A stretch of 64,000 nucleotides of DNA, taken from assembly GCF_018350175.1 (NCBI RefSeq), contig NC_058383.1, positions 18,912,001 to 18,976,000 of the forward strand, written 5' to 3'. Positions 49,256 to 63,172 of this stretch are shown here, one piece after another (position 1 is the first letter of the stretch; every line of letters starts with the position of its first letter). The notes under the pieces are model-generated. The model saw only the letters and a program-made list of their open reading frames with translations, searched no databases and was not told the DNA's origin. The DNA is from Felis catus (Eukaryota). The translations under genes and the position numbers were made by a program.

Positions 49256-51049
49256 TCCATATCTCCTATCTTTAATTCATCTTCCTGTTGGCTAGATTTG
49301 ATTGTCAGTTTTTAAAAAGGGTGACTTATTTGGTGAAATAATGCTTGCTTTTATACTTGAAGGATATCTTGGCTAGGTATAAAATTCTTGGTTTGCACTC
49401 TTTCCTTCAGATTCTTAGATATTCTGGGATTGAGTGTTTTGTTGATCCTTTTAATCTGTTCAGCATTGATTAGCTGATAATTTCTTTTCATAGAGTTTTT
49501 GGTTGCTATATTCCCTAAATTATTTCATGTTTGAAAATGCCTGCCTGTTGTTCTTATCCATAAATACTCATGGGTCATACGTTCTTTTCTGAAGAATTTT
49601 GTTGATACTCACCGTTTTTTTACCATTGAATGATGTTATGTGGACAAGTGTGTTTAGCCTAATTCATATAATGCTGTCCCTTTACCCCAGTTAGAGATAG
49701 CTTGCCTTTTTTTTGCATGGTTGTTAGAAGAAATCTATGTTGCTGAAGTTCAGTAACTCAATTAGGGTATCTTTTAGTGTGGATTATTTTTTTTGTTGTT
49801 ATCGTTTTGCCCTAGAACGTGGTATGCCTGCCTTAAGGCATAAGTTCCCTAATGTTGGCTATTTTAGATTTCTAGTGCTTGGTACTAATACTATAGTAAA
49901 CACATTGAATACATCTTTGTCCACTTTGTGAGATAGTAGGATAAATTTCTAGAAGAATTGTGGGGCAAACTGTGTATTTAAAAATTCTGGTAGATGGTGC
50001 CATTCCTACAAAATTATGAGTTTCTACTCTCATTAATGGGATACTTCCTGTTTTCCTATCTTCCAGCCAACCGTTAAAACTTTTTAATGTGAGAGGTGAA
50101 AATGGCATATCAGGAATTACATGTGGGATCCTTTCTTTGTAAGTGAAGTCGAACATCTTTTGATATTTTATTGCCATGTGCATTTTTTTCCCATGTCTGC
50201 TGACCATTTTTGGTCTCCAGATCTTTGTACATTTTTCTGTTGGGTCAGCCAACAATTAAAAAAAATGTAATTTGGCTGAATTTTAGAATCGATAAAATTA
50301 TGTTTGGAATGGCTTGCACATTTGGTCGATGGCTCTCATGCTGCTGATTTTAGTCGAATAAGAGCACTAACATTTCACATATACTAATATTGTAGACCTG
50401 ACTAACATGATTGTCTTAGTGATGGGACTGTGTAATCTCATCATTTTCTAAACTTTTGTCTGATGATCCATGCGGTTAAGATAATATTCTTCCCCGCTTG
50501 GCTTCATGTTTGTCATAACATAACGTAAGAACAAGTTTAATTGTAGGAAAGCAATTCCATTGCCAGAAAGCTGCGGAGCTCACCTTGGTGAAGAGATTTT
50601 TCTGGTAATCATTTGTTAACTGGGTTTGTGAACCAGAGTGTGAATTTAGAATGCTAAAGGATATATGAAGTAATTTCATAAGGGAGTTTACCAGTCATGC
50701 TTAGGGTTTCTCTGTTTTCTACTGAGATTCCCCTAATGGCAGAGAACACCTATACCTGGTTAAAGGAAGGTACCTGTCCTGGGGCTATAGGTCATAGCCG
50801 CTCTCTGTGAATCTGAAATGTCTTGAATCTCTTGGGTTGACTTTAAACATATACTGTTTAAAAATCAATGTATGTATTCTTTCTTCCTTCCTCTCCTCTC
50901 TCCCCACCTTTCTGGCCTCCCCAGTCTTCACAAGCAAATTAAAGACCCAGGCACACACATTATCTTTGAGGATAACACCAGGTGGCCTTCAGCTCATTTT
51001 GCCGTGGGGACGACTGATCTGTTTCTAGACCTTTGTGGACAGACATGCT

Positions 51050-51860
51050 TTGCTGAGAAGTGCTAACAAATCCCATCCTCGTATAACTGTAAAGGAGACT
51101 TCTTACGAAGAGAAGAAACTTAAGGCTTTTGAAGACCTCGAAGAAATATCAGAAGACATTTTGAGAAAAAGAATCCCCTTTTATACCTTGATAGTGAACA
51201 GATTGAAAGTGAAAGGACTTTGCGTGGACCGCTTTTACCGGCACACTCCATAGGACCCTTGACATTTAACACTTGTGGTTTTGATGATTGTCGATGACCT
51301 TCAAAGCCTTTGATAAGTCATTTTTTTTTTTTAAAGATGTGTCTTGCAGTGTCTAGAACAAGTTACCTAGCTGGCTAGTGAGTGGCCCAGCTGACCTCCT
51401 AGCTCAGTGCAGCCTGTGGGTTCTTTACCATTCAGGGTTGTGACTAGGGCGTTATAAAAGTCTTCACTACTTTATGGAAGATAATCCCCCAAAGAAATTC
51501 AACTCACGGAATTGGTAATGCAAATGAAAAGATAAGAAGTTCAAGTTCTTAGTGAGGAAATAGAAGTTATGGATAAATTCAAGAGTTGAATGTTAAGTTT
51601 GGTGTCTTGGATTCACCATGCCCTAGGTGTAGAAAGAAAGGAAAGCAGTTCATAATACTGGTGGCGTGCTAGGCCTCTGAAGATCCTGCTGATGATGTAA
51701 GGAAAGTTGAAAAGACATTTAATTTCAGGTGTGAAGTCTGTGCACGTGTGTGTGTGTGCTTTGTAATACTTGACCCAAATGGAAAGTTGGGAGGTGAGTT
51801 TGGGGAGTTGCTTGTGATAGAGTTGCAAAATAATTGGGAACTCATCTGGTCTACAGCTAT
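51050..51860 (+). mobile_element. Possible highly decayed CR1/L3 LINE reverse-transcriptase remnant
   Basis: gaccttcaaagcctttgataagtc resembles the CR1 DFxKAFD(K) motif; aagttgggagg resembles the KLGG motif. Confidence 0.35.
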
Positions 51861-52851
51861 TGAATGTGAGGGTGGCAAAGGGTGAAGAAAAGTTCTAGAA
51901 GTTTATAACTTCTGGAAGTTTGTAACTCTGCATGAGGAGATGTGCATGCCAACAAATGATTACTGTCCTGGGGGATAAGTGCAAAAATAGAGCCTTGTAA
52001 GAGGTACACCTGTACTTTGAAAATAAAATAAAAACCCTGGCCAAATTGGAGAGTTGTAACCGGGAAGGCTTCCGGAAGGAGGTGACACTGGGGCTAGGTT
52101 TCAGAGCAGAAGGAGGAAGTCACTAGGCAAAGAATTTGGGGCTTGAGGCGCAGAAGCAGAAGGGCCATTTCGGGCAGATGGAGCCACAGCTACATGTGGA
52201 AGAGGGGTCAGTTCACAGCAACGAAAGCTTTGAAATGTTGAAGAACAGGACGCCCGCCTGGCAGCACTGGTGATTTCTGTGATGACTGCGACTCCAGAGG
52301 CTTTTATTTAGTTCGTGACGAAAGGAGCCCTGTGCTTTTGTACAGCCCAGGAAATTATTCACGTACATTCTGCATTCTGATTTTAGAGAAAGACAACGTA
52401 AGGGATCTATCAAGGATTTATGTATTTAATTGAAACATTGTATTTGGAAGTAATTTTAGACCAGAAGGGTTGCACAAATAGTGTGTGGGGGCTCCTGTGT
52501 GCTTTTCTCCCGTGGGGATTTACTTTTACACAGAGCTGTAGTCATCCAGCCTTCCAAGATCTGTGGCCAGTGAGTTAGGTCGGTTTCTGTAGCGTCTTCT
52601 TTCTTGTACCATTTGGTAATTGAAGTAGGTGCTGGTGCTGTCACAAAGGCTTCTCTGCCACCTTTTGATTTTGCTTAGTCAATTGTTTTTCCCTGATGGT
52701 AAAAAGGACTTTGAACTCTGTTGTAGACTATTGTGATAAGTACAAAATAGATAAGAGCTCACCATCCTCGGATTCAACCTCTCGGATTTTGTTTCCTTCT
52801 AGTCTTCTTTCCTATGTACTTTTTATTTATTTTTTAGAATTAAAAAAAAAA

Positions 52852-52877
52852 TTTTTTTAATGTTTACTTATTTTTGA

Positions 52878-52926
<49 letters not shown>

Positions 52927-53093
52927 TGCAAGCGGGGAAGGGGCATAGAGAGACACAGACACAGAATCTGAAGCAGGCTCCAGCCCCTGAGCTGTCAGCA
53001 CAGAGCCTGATGCAGGGCTTGAACCCACGAAGTGCGAGATCATGACCTGAGCCGAAGTCGGACATTTAACCAACTGAGCTACCCAGGCACCCC
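52852..53093 (-). mobile_element. SINEC
   Basis: Direct reading. Confidence 0.92.
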
Positions 53094-54496
53094 TCCTATG
53101 TATTTTTTAAACATGGCTGAGATCACGATACTGTAAATGCACTTTTTTCCTTCTTTTTGCATGTAATGTTATAGTAGAAGTGGTTTTCCAAATCATCAAA
53201 TACTTCATAAGTATTTACAGAGGCTGTGTAATATTGCATTGCATGGATTTTTGGGCAGTTAGATTGTTCCATTTTTTTTGCCATTGTAAATAATATGTGA
53301 TTCATGTTTTTGCAAAGAGCTTTTTCTGTATTTCAGAAAATTGCCTTAGGCTAGATTCCCAGAAGGACCCAAGGGTATGAAGATTTTTTAGTAAACCTTT
53401 TATTTTTAACATAGTTTTAGATTTAGTATGTCCATGTTTAAGGTACGTCATCAGATATTTTCTGGAAAGTTTATACCAGTTTATTCTTCCTACCAGCTGT
53501 AGATAAATACACTCCTTGGCATTGGGTAGGCTTAAGAAAATTGTTGCAGATTTAATAGGTTAAGAAACGGCTTCATTGTAATATATTGTTTGGGGTGGAA
53601 GGGTAAGAAAAGTTATCACCAACTTCGATTTTTGTCTGGGTTTTTTGTTTTGTTTTTTTTTTTTGCTACCTACATTCTTCCTTATTTTTGTCTCTTTATA
53701 GGACTTATAGGTCACATTTATAGGTTTATTTAATGTTTACTTATTATTTACTTAAGCATCCTTTGTAGTTATTTTAATGTATTAGAAATGGTGCCTTAAC
53801 ATACTTTTTCCCCACAGCCGTAAGAGTTTTCTCTGTGTGTGTCTGTGTGTGTGTGTGTGTGTGGTAAAATAAACATGAAATTTACCATTGAAAAATGTAC
53901 GACTCCGTGACATTAAGGTAGGTATGTTCACTGTGTGCCGCCAGTGTCCTCATTCCTAGTTTGGTGCGCGTTTGAGCAGTTGTCCTGTGTAACCTAGGTG
54001 GCAACGGTATTGGAGCACATTCTTCTGAGCTCTGGCTTCCCCCTCTCATTTTTTCCTTCCCCCAGGAGGGATGTAGTTCCTGATTTGTTTATGATGGGTG
54101 CACTGGGGAGAGCCCAACACCATTGGCCCACATTTCCCAGGTGTGAGGTCACGGCATCAGAACCCTCCTAGCTTTGTCCTTGGACTTCTCACCTGCTTAT
54201 CCTCAAGAGAAGCTTGTCTCCTGCCACCTCGTCCTGCCTTCCTATTGTTGCTCGGCCTGGCTGCATCAGGTCAATTCAGGATGGAAAGGAGGAGGCATTG
54301 CAGCTTTGCAAGTCATGAAGAGGATATTGGACTTTGATCGCACTCGGTTGCTTGAGACTGTAGCAAGCTATAGACCTGGGCGGGAGAAAGGAAGTGATTA
54401 TGCCCCTTCAAATCCCAGCAGGCTGGAATACAATCTGGAGATTTTTGCCAAAATGAAATAAATGTTATTTAAACTGTTATGTAACATGCCAGTTCT

Positions 54497-55184
54497 GGGA
54501 CACCTGGGCAGCTCAGTCGGTTAAGCGTTCGACTTCAGCTCAGGTCATGGTCTCGCAGTTCGTGGGTTCAAGCCCCGCGTCAGGCTCTGTGCTGACAGCT
54601 TAGAGCCTGGAGCCTGCTTCGGATTCTGTGTCTCCCTCTCTCTCTCTGCCCCTCTCCCACTCACATGGTGTCTCTCTCTCTCTTTCAAAAATAAATAAAC
54701 ATTAAAAATAAAATGCCAGTTGTGTCTGGGAATAATTCAGGATGAAGGTGGTACAGGTTTTACAAGACTTGCTCTTAAACAGTTACAGGTAGTACGAGCA
54801 GCTGCCATGGATTCTTTATGTATGAGTTGTAGTGTTACTTGGGATTTTCGATTTGCAGCATGCATATAGTGGGCCTGTTAACTTCACACTCATTCATTGC
54901 CTGATTTCATCCCATGTGAGGTAATGCCAGCTCACTCATCATACTTACAGCCCTAGAACTCGCTGTCCTCCTTTAAATTTTTTTTTTTTAACGTTTATTT
55001 TTGAGACAGAGACATAGCATGAGCAGGGGAGGGTCAGAGAGAGAGGGAGACACAGAATCTGAAGCAGGCTCCAGGCTCTGAGCTGTCAGCACAGAGCCCG
55101 ACGCGGGGCTCGAACCCACGGACCGTGAGATCATGACCTGAGCCAAAGTTGGACACTTAACCGATGGAGCCACCCAGGCGCCCC
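54497..55184. mobile_element. Inverted SINEC pair: 54497-54713(+) and 54978-55184(-)
   Basis: Direct reading. Confidence 0.92.
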
Positions 55185-55893
55185 TCGGTGTCCTCCTTTA
55201 AAGGATAGAGGAGCTGTCACTGTGAGAGGGCTCTGGTGGCCCTGCTCCAGGGCCTTCACTTGACCAGTAGCTGGTCGACTTTGGGCAAGATACTCTTCAT
55301 TTTCCTCCTCTGTATGTTGAGGTTGGACTTGCTGTTCTCTGGGGTTTGTATTTCTCTCTTAAGATTCTGTGGTCCTGTTTTAGGAGTTGTTGATAGTATG
55401 CCTTGTGTTGATGGTCTCGGCATCTTTTGGATTTAATTGACTAGGCATGCAGATAAAAATATCCATCCTCCTGGGATATGTACCTGGGAAAAAGAAGCAG
55501 ATGGAATTGTGACGAGAGAGCCTATTTTGGGTTGTATTACTCATTTATTTTAGACAGTTTCTTGCCGAATAACTATTCTTATCACTTGCTTTTTTGGCTG
55601 TGTAATTGAAACCTTCTACTGTAATATAAATAAATAAGCATATAACTTACATGTATTTTAGCTCCTAGTGGGATATGTTTGTTGCCCAACCAGCAGATGC
55701 AAAATTTTTAATGCCTATGCTATATCCTATCCTTGTTCACAAATGATGTGTGCTAGTATAACCCTGGCATCTGAGAGGTTGATGAGTCCCTTTTGCCTGT
55801 CATATCCTTTTCTTGCTTTCTCTTTCCTATTTGCCCAGCCCGCTGGGAGCACTGAAGAGCAAAGTTGGAGGCGTACCAATCCAACAAATGAAG

Positions 55894-56272
55894 TTTTTTT
55901 TTAATGTTTATTTGTTTATTTTAGGGGGGTGCAGAGAGAGAATTCCAAGTAGGCCTCATCCTGGTAGCACAGAGCCAGGACGTGGGGCTCGATCCCACGA
56001 ACCATGAGATCACGGGCCAAAATCAAGAGTTGGACATAGGGGCACCTGGGTGGCTCAGTCTGTTGGGCGTCCGACTTTGGCTCAGGTCATGATCTCATGG
56101 TTTGAGTTCGAGCTCCCGCTTGGAGCCGGGAGCCTGCTTTGGATTCTGTGTCTGCCCCTCCCCTGCTCATGCTCTGGCTCTTTCTTTCAATAATGAATAA
56201 ACGTTAAAAACAAAAAAAAACAAACACAAAAAAAGAGTTGGACACTAAACCGACTGAGCCACCCTGGCACCC
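55894..56272 (-). mobile_element. Antisense SINEC with a sense SINEC (56039-56232) nested inside
   Basis: Duplication aagagttggaca at 56025-56036 and 56233-56244 splits the outer head. Confidence 0.9.
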
Positions 56273-57335
56273 TCACCAGATGAAATCTTCAAAAACTTTC
56301 TATTTGGAAATAATTTCCAACTGACACAAAGATTGCAAAGAATGAGTACTACAAAGAAAACTCTTTTACCCTTTATCCAAACTCTGCCAGTGTTAACATT
56401 TTGCCCTGTTTGCTTTATTATTTACAGTTTCTCCACGTATATATGTACACAGGTTCTTTGGCTGAACTGTTTGAGAGTAAGTTGCCTACGTCATGGCCCC
56501 TTGACCCTATGTAGTGTATTTTCTAATGGGTATTTTCTTACGGAGCCACAGTGCAGTTAGCAACTTCAGTTAATGTAACATTGATTCAGTACTTTCATCA
56601 GATCTGCCATTGGTATTCCAGTTTTGTCCTTTGACCCAATTATGTCCTTGTAGTATTTTTCCCCACTTTGGTGCAGGATCTAGCCTTAGAATCGAGTATC
56701 GCATTTACTAGTCATGACTCGTTAATCTCCTTTAGATTTGTTTTAAATTTTGGAAACCAGTGCCCCTGTCCATTAGTAGCTAATTGGTGGTTCTTGTTTT
56801 ACTGTATTGTCCAGTATAGTACATGGATAGGTTTTCCCAGCATTAAAACATACTGTCCTCTCTGTACAAGATGTTTCCTCTAACTGGTCCCCAGGGGGAC
56901 AGACAATGCTGCCTCGACCTTCTCACTGCCACAGTGGGACCAGTTGGGCTTTCTGGCCCAGATGCCTGGCCGTTTTCCTGCTTCTACCTCCCAGTCCTCA
57001 GCAGTAAACAGACCCCTTTTGTTCACGGGAGAGACAGAATCTGACCCAAACCCGAGAAATACTGTGCAAACCCAAAAAATACTGGGAGGTATTTTTTGCC
57101 ATTGATCAGCTTGATGGTAGCTTTAGACTAAAGCAGAAAAGTACCTTTTAGTGATTAGAATTATGTTTAGATGTGGCTAAACCATATGTTTTAATCAAAT
57201 AATTATCTATATGACGATATTATACAAAGTTATATCTGTCGTTACTCCCAAAGGGCGAATATTTTCAAAGTTAAGCTGTAGGCAACAATGAGGAGGAGCC
57301 CTTCTGAGGCAAACGCAGAACTTCATTAAAAAAAA

Positions 57336-57910
57336 TTTTTTTTAAACGTTTATTCATTTCTGAGAGAGACAGAGAAAGAGAGGGAGGGAGAGAGAGAGAG
57401 GAGCAGAGAGAGGGAGACACAGAATCCGAAGTAGGCTTCAGGCTCCGAGCTGTCAGCATAGAGCCCGACGCGGGGCTCGAACTCACGGACTGCGAGATCA
57501 TGACCTGAGCTGAAGTCGGATGCTTAACCGACTGAGCCACCCGGGCACCCCATGCAGAGCACCAATAGTTAGTTCCAGACATGTGTTCGTGGAGTCATGG
57601 TAAGTGCATCTGCTCTGGCCTTGCTCTCCTGGAACATGGTGCGTCTTCGTTTCTTTCCTGCAGTAGAAAACCGTTTTTCCTGCAACTTCTGTACATAATT
57701 TTTTTTTTTTACGTTTATTTATTTTTGAGACAGGGAGAGACAGAGCATGAACGGGGGAGGGTCAGAGAGAGGGAGGCACAGAATCGAAACAAGCTCCAGG
57801 CTCCGAGCTGTCAGCACAGAGCCCGATGCAGGGCTCGAACTCACGGACCGCGAGATCATGACCCAAGCCGAAGTTGGACGCTCAACCGAGTGAGCCACCC
57901 AGGCGCCCCT
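57336..57910 (-). mobile_element. Two antisense SINEC_Fc copies (57336-57550, 57698-57910)
   Basis: Direct reading; second copy has target-site duplication tgtacataatttt. Confidence 0.92.
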
Positions 57911-60900
57911 GTACATAATTTTTGAAGTTAATCACTGCATTGCACATCTGTAGTCCCAGACAACCCCTCTTCTTAGCGTTGCCTCTACTTTCCCGTCACA
58001 GATGGGCTAAGGGACACCCGGACTCTGGCACGGATGCGGCTGAGTTGGGAGACGCGGCTTGCGGCGCGTGCCAGCTGCGTACGTGTGAGCCAGGCACCCG
58101 GCACCCCCAGCCTCAGCGCCTGCGCTTCTGACGGCTGGACTTCAGAGGTCCAGCCGGTTTCAACAGTTTGCTTTTAGAGAAGTAAAGCGAGATTTCTACT
58201 CATTAGGATGTGTTTAGGGTTTTGTTTGTTTTTTTTTTTTTAGGATAGTATCTGCCATTTGAGACACACAGAGCAGAGACAGGAAAGGAGGGAGAAGACC
58301 TGTGAATCCCTCCTGACCAGGGCTTCCTCTCCAGGCTTTCCTGCTTTCTGGCTTTTTGAGCCGAGTGACTTCAGAGGGGCCACATAGATGTCACGTTGTT
58401 GATTCCCGTCGCGCATTCTTTTAAGCTGCTTATTCCGTCTCATGCTCTGACAGGCCTGAAGGCCAGAGGGCCTTCTTTCCTCATCTGTTTCCTCTTCCGT
58501 GAAGAAGAGTGTAAGGGAGAAGGAGTGTTCTCTTCAGAGTCGGAACACCCACGGTAATCCTGTTAGCTTCTAGAAAGTTTGTAAGAGATTGAAATGTCTT
58601 CACTAATGGCATCTGTTGGAACGCATCAGGTATGCCTCGCATACTTTTGAGCCTTGGTCAGAGGCTAGTGCGGAATCCTTGTTCTCAGAAGCCTTTCTAT
58701 ACAGGCAAATAGAGTGATAGCATTGTTCTGGATATGCCACAGGATATTTGAGTGGGACTCTGGGATGCTGGTCCTCATGTTTCTGGGTTTGGCGGCAAGG
58801 AGGCCATGAGCCCAAGTGCAGGAGGCTCATCTGAGTCACCTCCTTGGAGGAACATACTGGGAAAGGTGCCAGGAAGCTTGATAAAAGCTTCTTGAGAAAA
58901 GAGTCATTTTTTCCCCCCTGGTATTGATTTTGTAAAAAGATTATGCTTCGGTGGGGGGGCATTTTAGAGGCAAGTAGATAAAACATTACAAATTTTAGGT
59001 GGGGTTTGAGAAACCTGCCATGTACGTGTCTTAAGTTAAGGACCAAGCACCATATTATCCGCTTTGGGTCTCAGTGTCTTTTTAAGATGAATGGTTAGCA
59101 TTCTCCCGTTTTTTCCAGAAATGTTTATTGAACGCATCTGAGTCCGAGGCCTTAAAGGGGGAATTTTAAATAGTCATGTGTATTTTAAATTCGGAAGGAT
59201 TACCAGTATTCCTGAGAAACTAAAAGTGATACTGTCTCCTTGTTCCTTTTTTTCTCCTGAATTCGGACTGTAAGACATTTGAGCACCAGTCCATGCTGGA
59301 TGTGGTAGAAAATACAAATGTGTTAGGCAGAGTGTGTTCCCAGGCATTTTATGTTCTGCTTATGGAGAGGCCCACTACCTATGAAGTATTAGCAGTGACA
59401 GATGGGGCTTTCAGCCCTTTATTCCTGGCATTATGTTCACCGTGTGCTTTACACAGATTATTTAATCCTTAGAACGATCCCATGTGTTAGGTTCTCTTAT
59501 CCCCAGTTGTGCACAAGAGGAAAAAAAGTGACAGATTAAATAACTAGGCCGAGGTTGAGGTGCATTTGGGCTCAAACCTGAGGAATGCAGTCTCGGAACC
59601 CGTGCGCTTGAATTGTGCCGTGCTGAACTGACCAGAGAACAGGGCCATGGGCAAAACTGTTGGTACTGATTGCAAGAGATAAAAACACGAGGTACACACA
59701 GCGAAGGGAGCCATGCTGTGAACTTTCATTTTGTAAGAAACGTCATGAAGATAGAGCTATGAATTGCAGACCCAGGAGCAGGTGCAGGATGGGAGGAGAC
59801 ACTTGCTGGGGAGACCATGCGTGCTCAAAATGGAGGGATGGCTTCCTGTGGTGAGTGATGGTGAGTCAGGCGTGCTTTCCTCCTTTCATCCTAGTAAACT
59901 CTGCGTTCTTCAAAACCCGAAACGCATGTTCTCTGTGAAGCCTTCCTTCTCTCCCTCAGACAGAGTTCGTTCCCTTGGGATCCGGAAGCCATTTATACAT
60001 CTGTCACTACTGGATCTCGTAAACCATCCTATTCTACTTTTTTTTTTTTTATCATAGGCTCTCCCCTTCTCTCCCCCAGGCTACCTCCAGTCCCTTGAAG
60101 TCAGGGGGTCAGTCAGTCTTGTTCATCTTAGTCTTACCGATATTCATCTCCGGGGCTTAATGCAGAGTCAGTTACTTGGTGAGCATTGGGCCTATTTGTT
60201 TGTTGAATGAATGGCTGAGTTTCTCAGTCCAGATTCAGAGGCCCTTTAAAGCTAGATTTAGAATAATTGGGACAGAGAATCCATGTTTAGAAGAATTCAT
60301 CTGGTGGTGAAGCACAGATTGGACTGGAATTGGGAGAGCCGACATCAAGGCAACCAGGGAAGAGAAATTATAGTAATCTAGGCAGGCGGGGATCAGGGCC
60401 TATAGAAGTGATGAGGGAAAAGGTGCAAATCTGAAAGACAGTGTAAAGCAAGAACCAGGTGGCTTGGTGATCTTAGAAGATACAAGGAAGAGTCAAAGAT
60501 TTCAGATGATATGATCCTTCCCTTTTCAAGTTTTCCTTGTAGTTAGGCGATTATGGGTGTTGGTTGACTTTGTTGTTCCTTAATAAATGAGTCAGTAGTA
60601 GGTAGGTCTCTGAACCACTGAACCGTGAGCAGTGCAATAAAAGGAACAGATAAAGTCAGAGCAGGCACAGCTGAAAGCTCCTCCGCGCTGCAGATTTTTA
60701 ACTCTTTGTGGAACAGAAAACTTAATTTTAGATAGATACATACACTCCGAGAGAGTTTTCTGAGCCAGGTTTATTTTCTCATCCTGCCTCAGGGTTTTAG
60801 TTTGCTACTGAGGTAAGCCGAGGAAGTCTTGGGGAAGTATACACAGGCTTTTGGGATTGTAATCCTTCATGCTGTCCCCCAACAGCTCTGAAAACATAGG

Positions 60901-61554
60901 TGATGGTTCCCAGCAATCCAGGAGTCTCCCACTCAGACCTGACCTTCAGGCCCCCAGTTGCTCTCAGTAGTTGTGCTGATAGAGGAAAAAACACAACTTT
61001 TAAACTCACTGGCTGAAAATAACAACCTGAATGCTAAAAATAAGTATGCCATTAAGTTTTTTAAATGGTGTATGTATACTTGCAGAAAAGTGCACAAATC
61101 CTAATGTGCATCCTGTGTGCTTAACACTCAGATCAAGAAAACAGAATGTTACCAGCATCTCAGAATCCCTCTTCCCCAGAGGTAACCACTGTTCTGATTA
61201 TTTTGCTTGTTTTAAAAATTAACATACAACGAATAATGAAGAGTGTGTTTTGGCTTCTTTTTACTCAACGTTGTGTTTGTGAGATTCATCCATGTTGTTG
61301 CATGTGGCGATATTTATTCATTCTTATTGTCTTATAATATTTTCCTGCTGAATGAACCACAATTTATCCATTCCACTGGTGATACTTATTTGGGTTCTTT
61401 TGGCTTTTTTGGATATTATGAATAATGGTGCTGTGAACATTTGTGTACAGTTTTTTTGATACACGTGTACCAATTTCTGTTCGAGTTCTCAAGGAGTAGA
61501 ATTGCAGGATCATAAAGGAAGCATGTGTTCACCTGCCAAGGGTTTTCTCTCTTA

Positions 61555-62305
61555 AAAAAGTATTTTAAATTCCAGTATTGTTAGTATACGGTGTTACATT
61601 CGTTTCAGGTGTACAATAGAGTGATTCGGCACTTCTGTGCGTCACCCGGTGCTCATTGTGACAGGTGACCCCTTCATCTCCGTCGCCTGTGTCTCCCAAC
61701 TCCTCATGCACCTCCCTTCTGGTAATCAGGAGTTTGTTCTGTGTAATTAAGAGTCTTGTTTCTTGGTTCTTTTTTTCCTTTGCTCATTTTTGTTTGTTTC
61801 TTAACTTCCACATAGGAGCGAAATCATGTATTTTTCTCTGACTGACGTATTTCACTTGGCATCATACTCTCTGGCTCCATCCATGTCATTGCAAACGGCA
61901 AGATTTCTTTCTTTTTTATGGCTGAGTAATATTCCATACTCCTCCATACCGTTTTCCACAGTGGTTACACCAGTTTGCATTCCCACCAACAGTTCATGAG
62001 AGCTCCTCTTTCTCCGTATCCTCGCCAACATCCCTTGTTGCCTGAGTTGTTAATGTGAGCCATTCTGACAGGTGTGAGGTGGTATCTCATCGTGGTTTTG
62101 ATTTGTGTTTCCCTGATGATGAGTGATGGTGAGCAGCTTTTCATGTGTTTGCTAGCCATCTCTGGCTTCTTGGGAGAAATGTTTGTTCATGTCTTCTGAC
62201 CATTATTTGATTGGATTGTTTGTTTTTTGGGTGTTGAGTTGTATCAGTTCTTTATATATTTTGGATGCTAACCCTTTATTGGACATGTCACCTGCAAATT
62301 ATCTT
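61555..62305 (-). mobile_element. Younger (carnivore-type) L1 3' fragment inside older L1M sequence (about 61060-63060)
   Basis: ORF 61965..62159(-) reads [35 protein letters not shown], the L1 ORF2 C-terminal Cys-rich region. Confidence 0.9.
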
Positions 62306-62527
62306 CTTCTGTTCCGCCGTTCAACCACTCTCTGAAGTGGTTGTGCCAGTGTATGCTTCACCGGCAGCAGTATGTGCATGTTCTAACTGCTCAACAGCCT
62401 TACCAACTCTTGTTCTTGTCCTTTTAACTTTAGCCGTTTTGGTAGATGCATAGTGCCGTCATGGTTTTAATTTGCATTTTCCTGACAACGGATGAGGTTG
62501 AGCACTTCTTTTCTGTATACGCTTAAC

Positions 62528-62726
62528 ATTTTTTATTTTTTATTTTTTATTTTAGAGAGAGTGCAAATGGGGGAGAGAGAGGCAGAGCGAGAGAAAGAGA
62601 GAATCTTAAGCAGGCTCCATGCTCGGTGTGGAGCCTGATGTGTGGCTCGATCCCGTGACCCTGGGATTATGACCTGGGTGAAATCAAGAGTAAGATGCTC
62701 AACTGACTGAGCCACCCAGGTGTCCC
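62528..62726 (-). mobile_element. SINEC
   Basis: Direct reading. Confidence 0.9.
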
Positions 62727-63096
62727 TGAATAGGCTTTTTGAATACCTTCTTAGAATTAACTGTTTGTCAAAAAGTTGAATCCTTTGTTTTTCCTTACTG
62801 ATTTGTACTCTAAGTCTCTGTTGGAAATATCTTTTCCCATTTTGTGGCTTTCTTTTGCGTGCTCTTCCTTATGCCATTTGATGAATATTCTGATTTATCA
62901 ATCTTTCCCTTTGTTTAGTGCTTTTATGTGTCCTTTTCAAGGAATTTTTCCCTACCCCAAAGTCATGAAGATGCTCTACGTTATCTTTTAGAAGCTTTAT
63001 TGTTTTCTCTCTCACATTTTATATCTGTTGTCCAACTGTAATTGTTCTGTGTGAATGTGTCTTACTTGGTTTTAATTTAATCTTGTCTTTCCTTAG

Positions 63097-63172
63097 TTCT
63101 TCAAGATCCGGATCTTACATCCCAAGCACAAGCTGGGACGCAGTTGGGTGTATTGAGTCCTGAGTGTGCTTC
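63097..63172 (+). other. Candidate 76-nt internal exon of the plus-strand gene
   Basis: tttaat branch-like site, tcttgtctttccttag| acceptor and |GTAAGT donor at 63173. Confidence 0.5.

Noticed and set aside
51280..51396. Possible C/D-box snoRNA (TGATGA ... CTGA)
   Set aside because: No terminal stem, interrupted by poly-T, and better explained as decayed CR1/L3
61965..62159. L1 ORF2-like ORF as an active element
   Set aside because: Only a short truncated 3' fragment with an internal deletion near 61940
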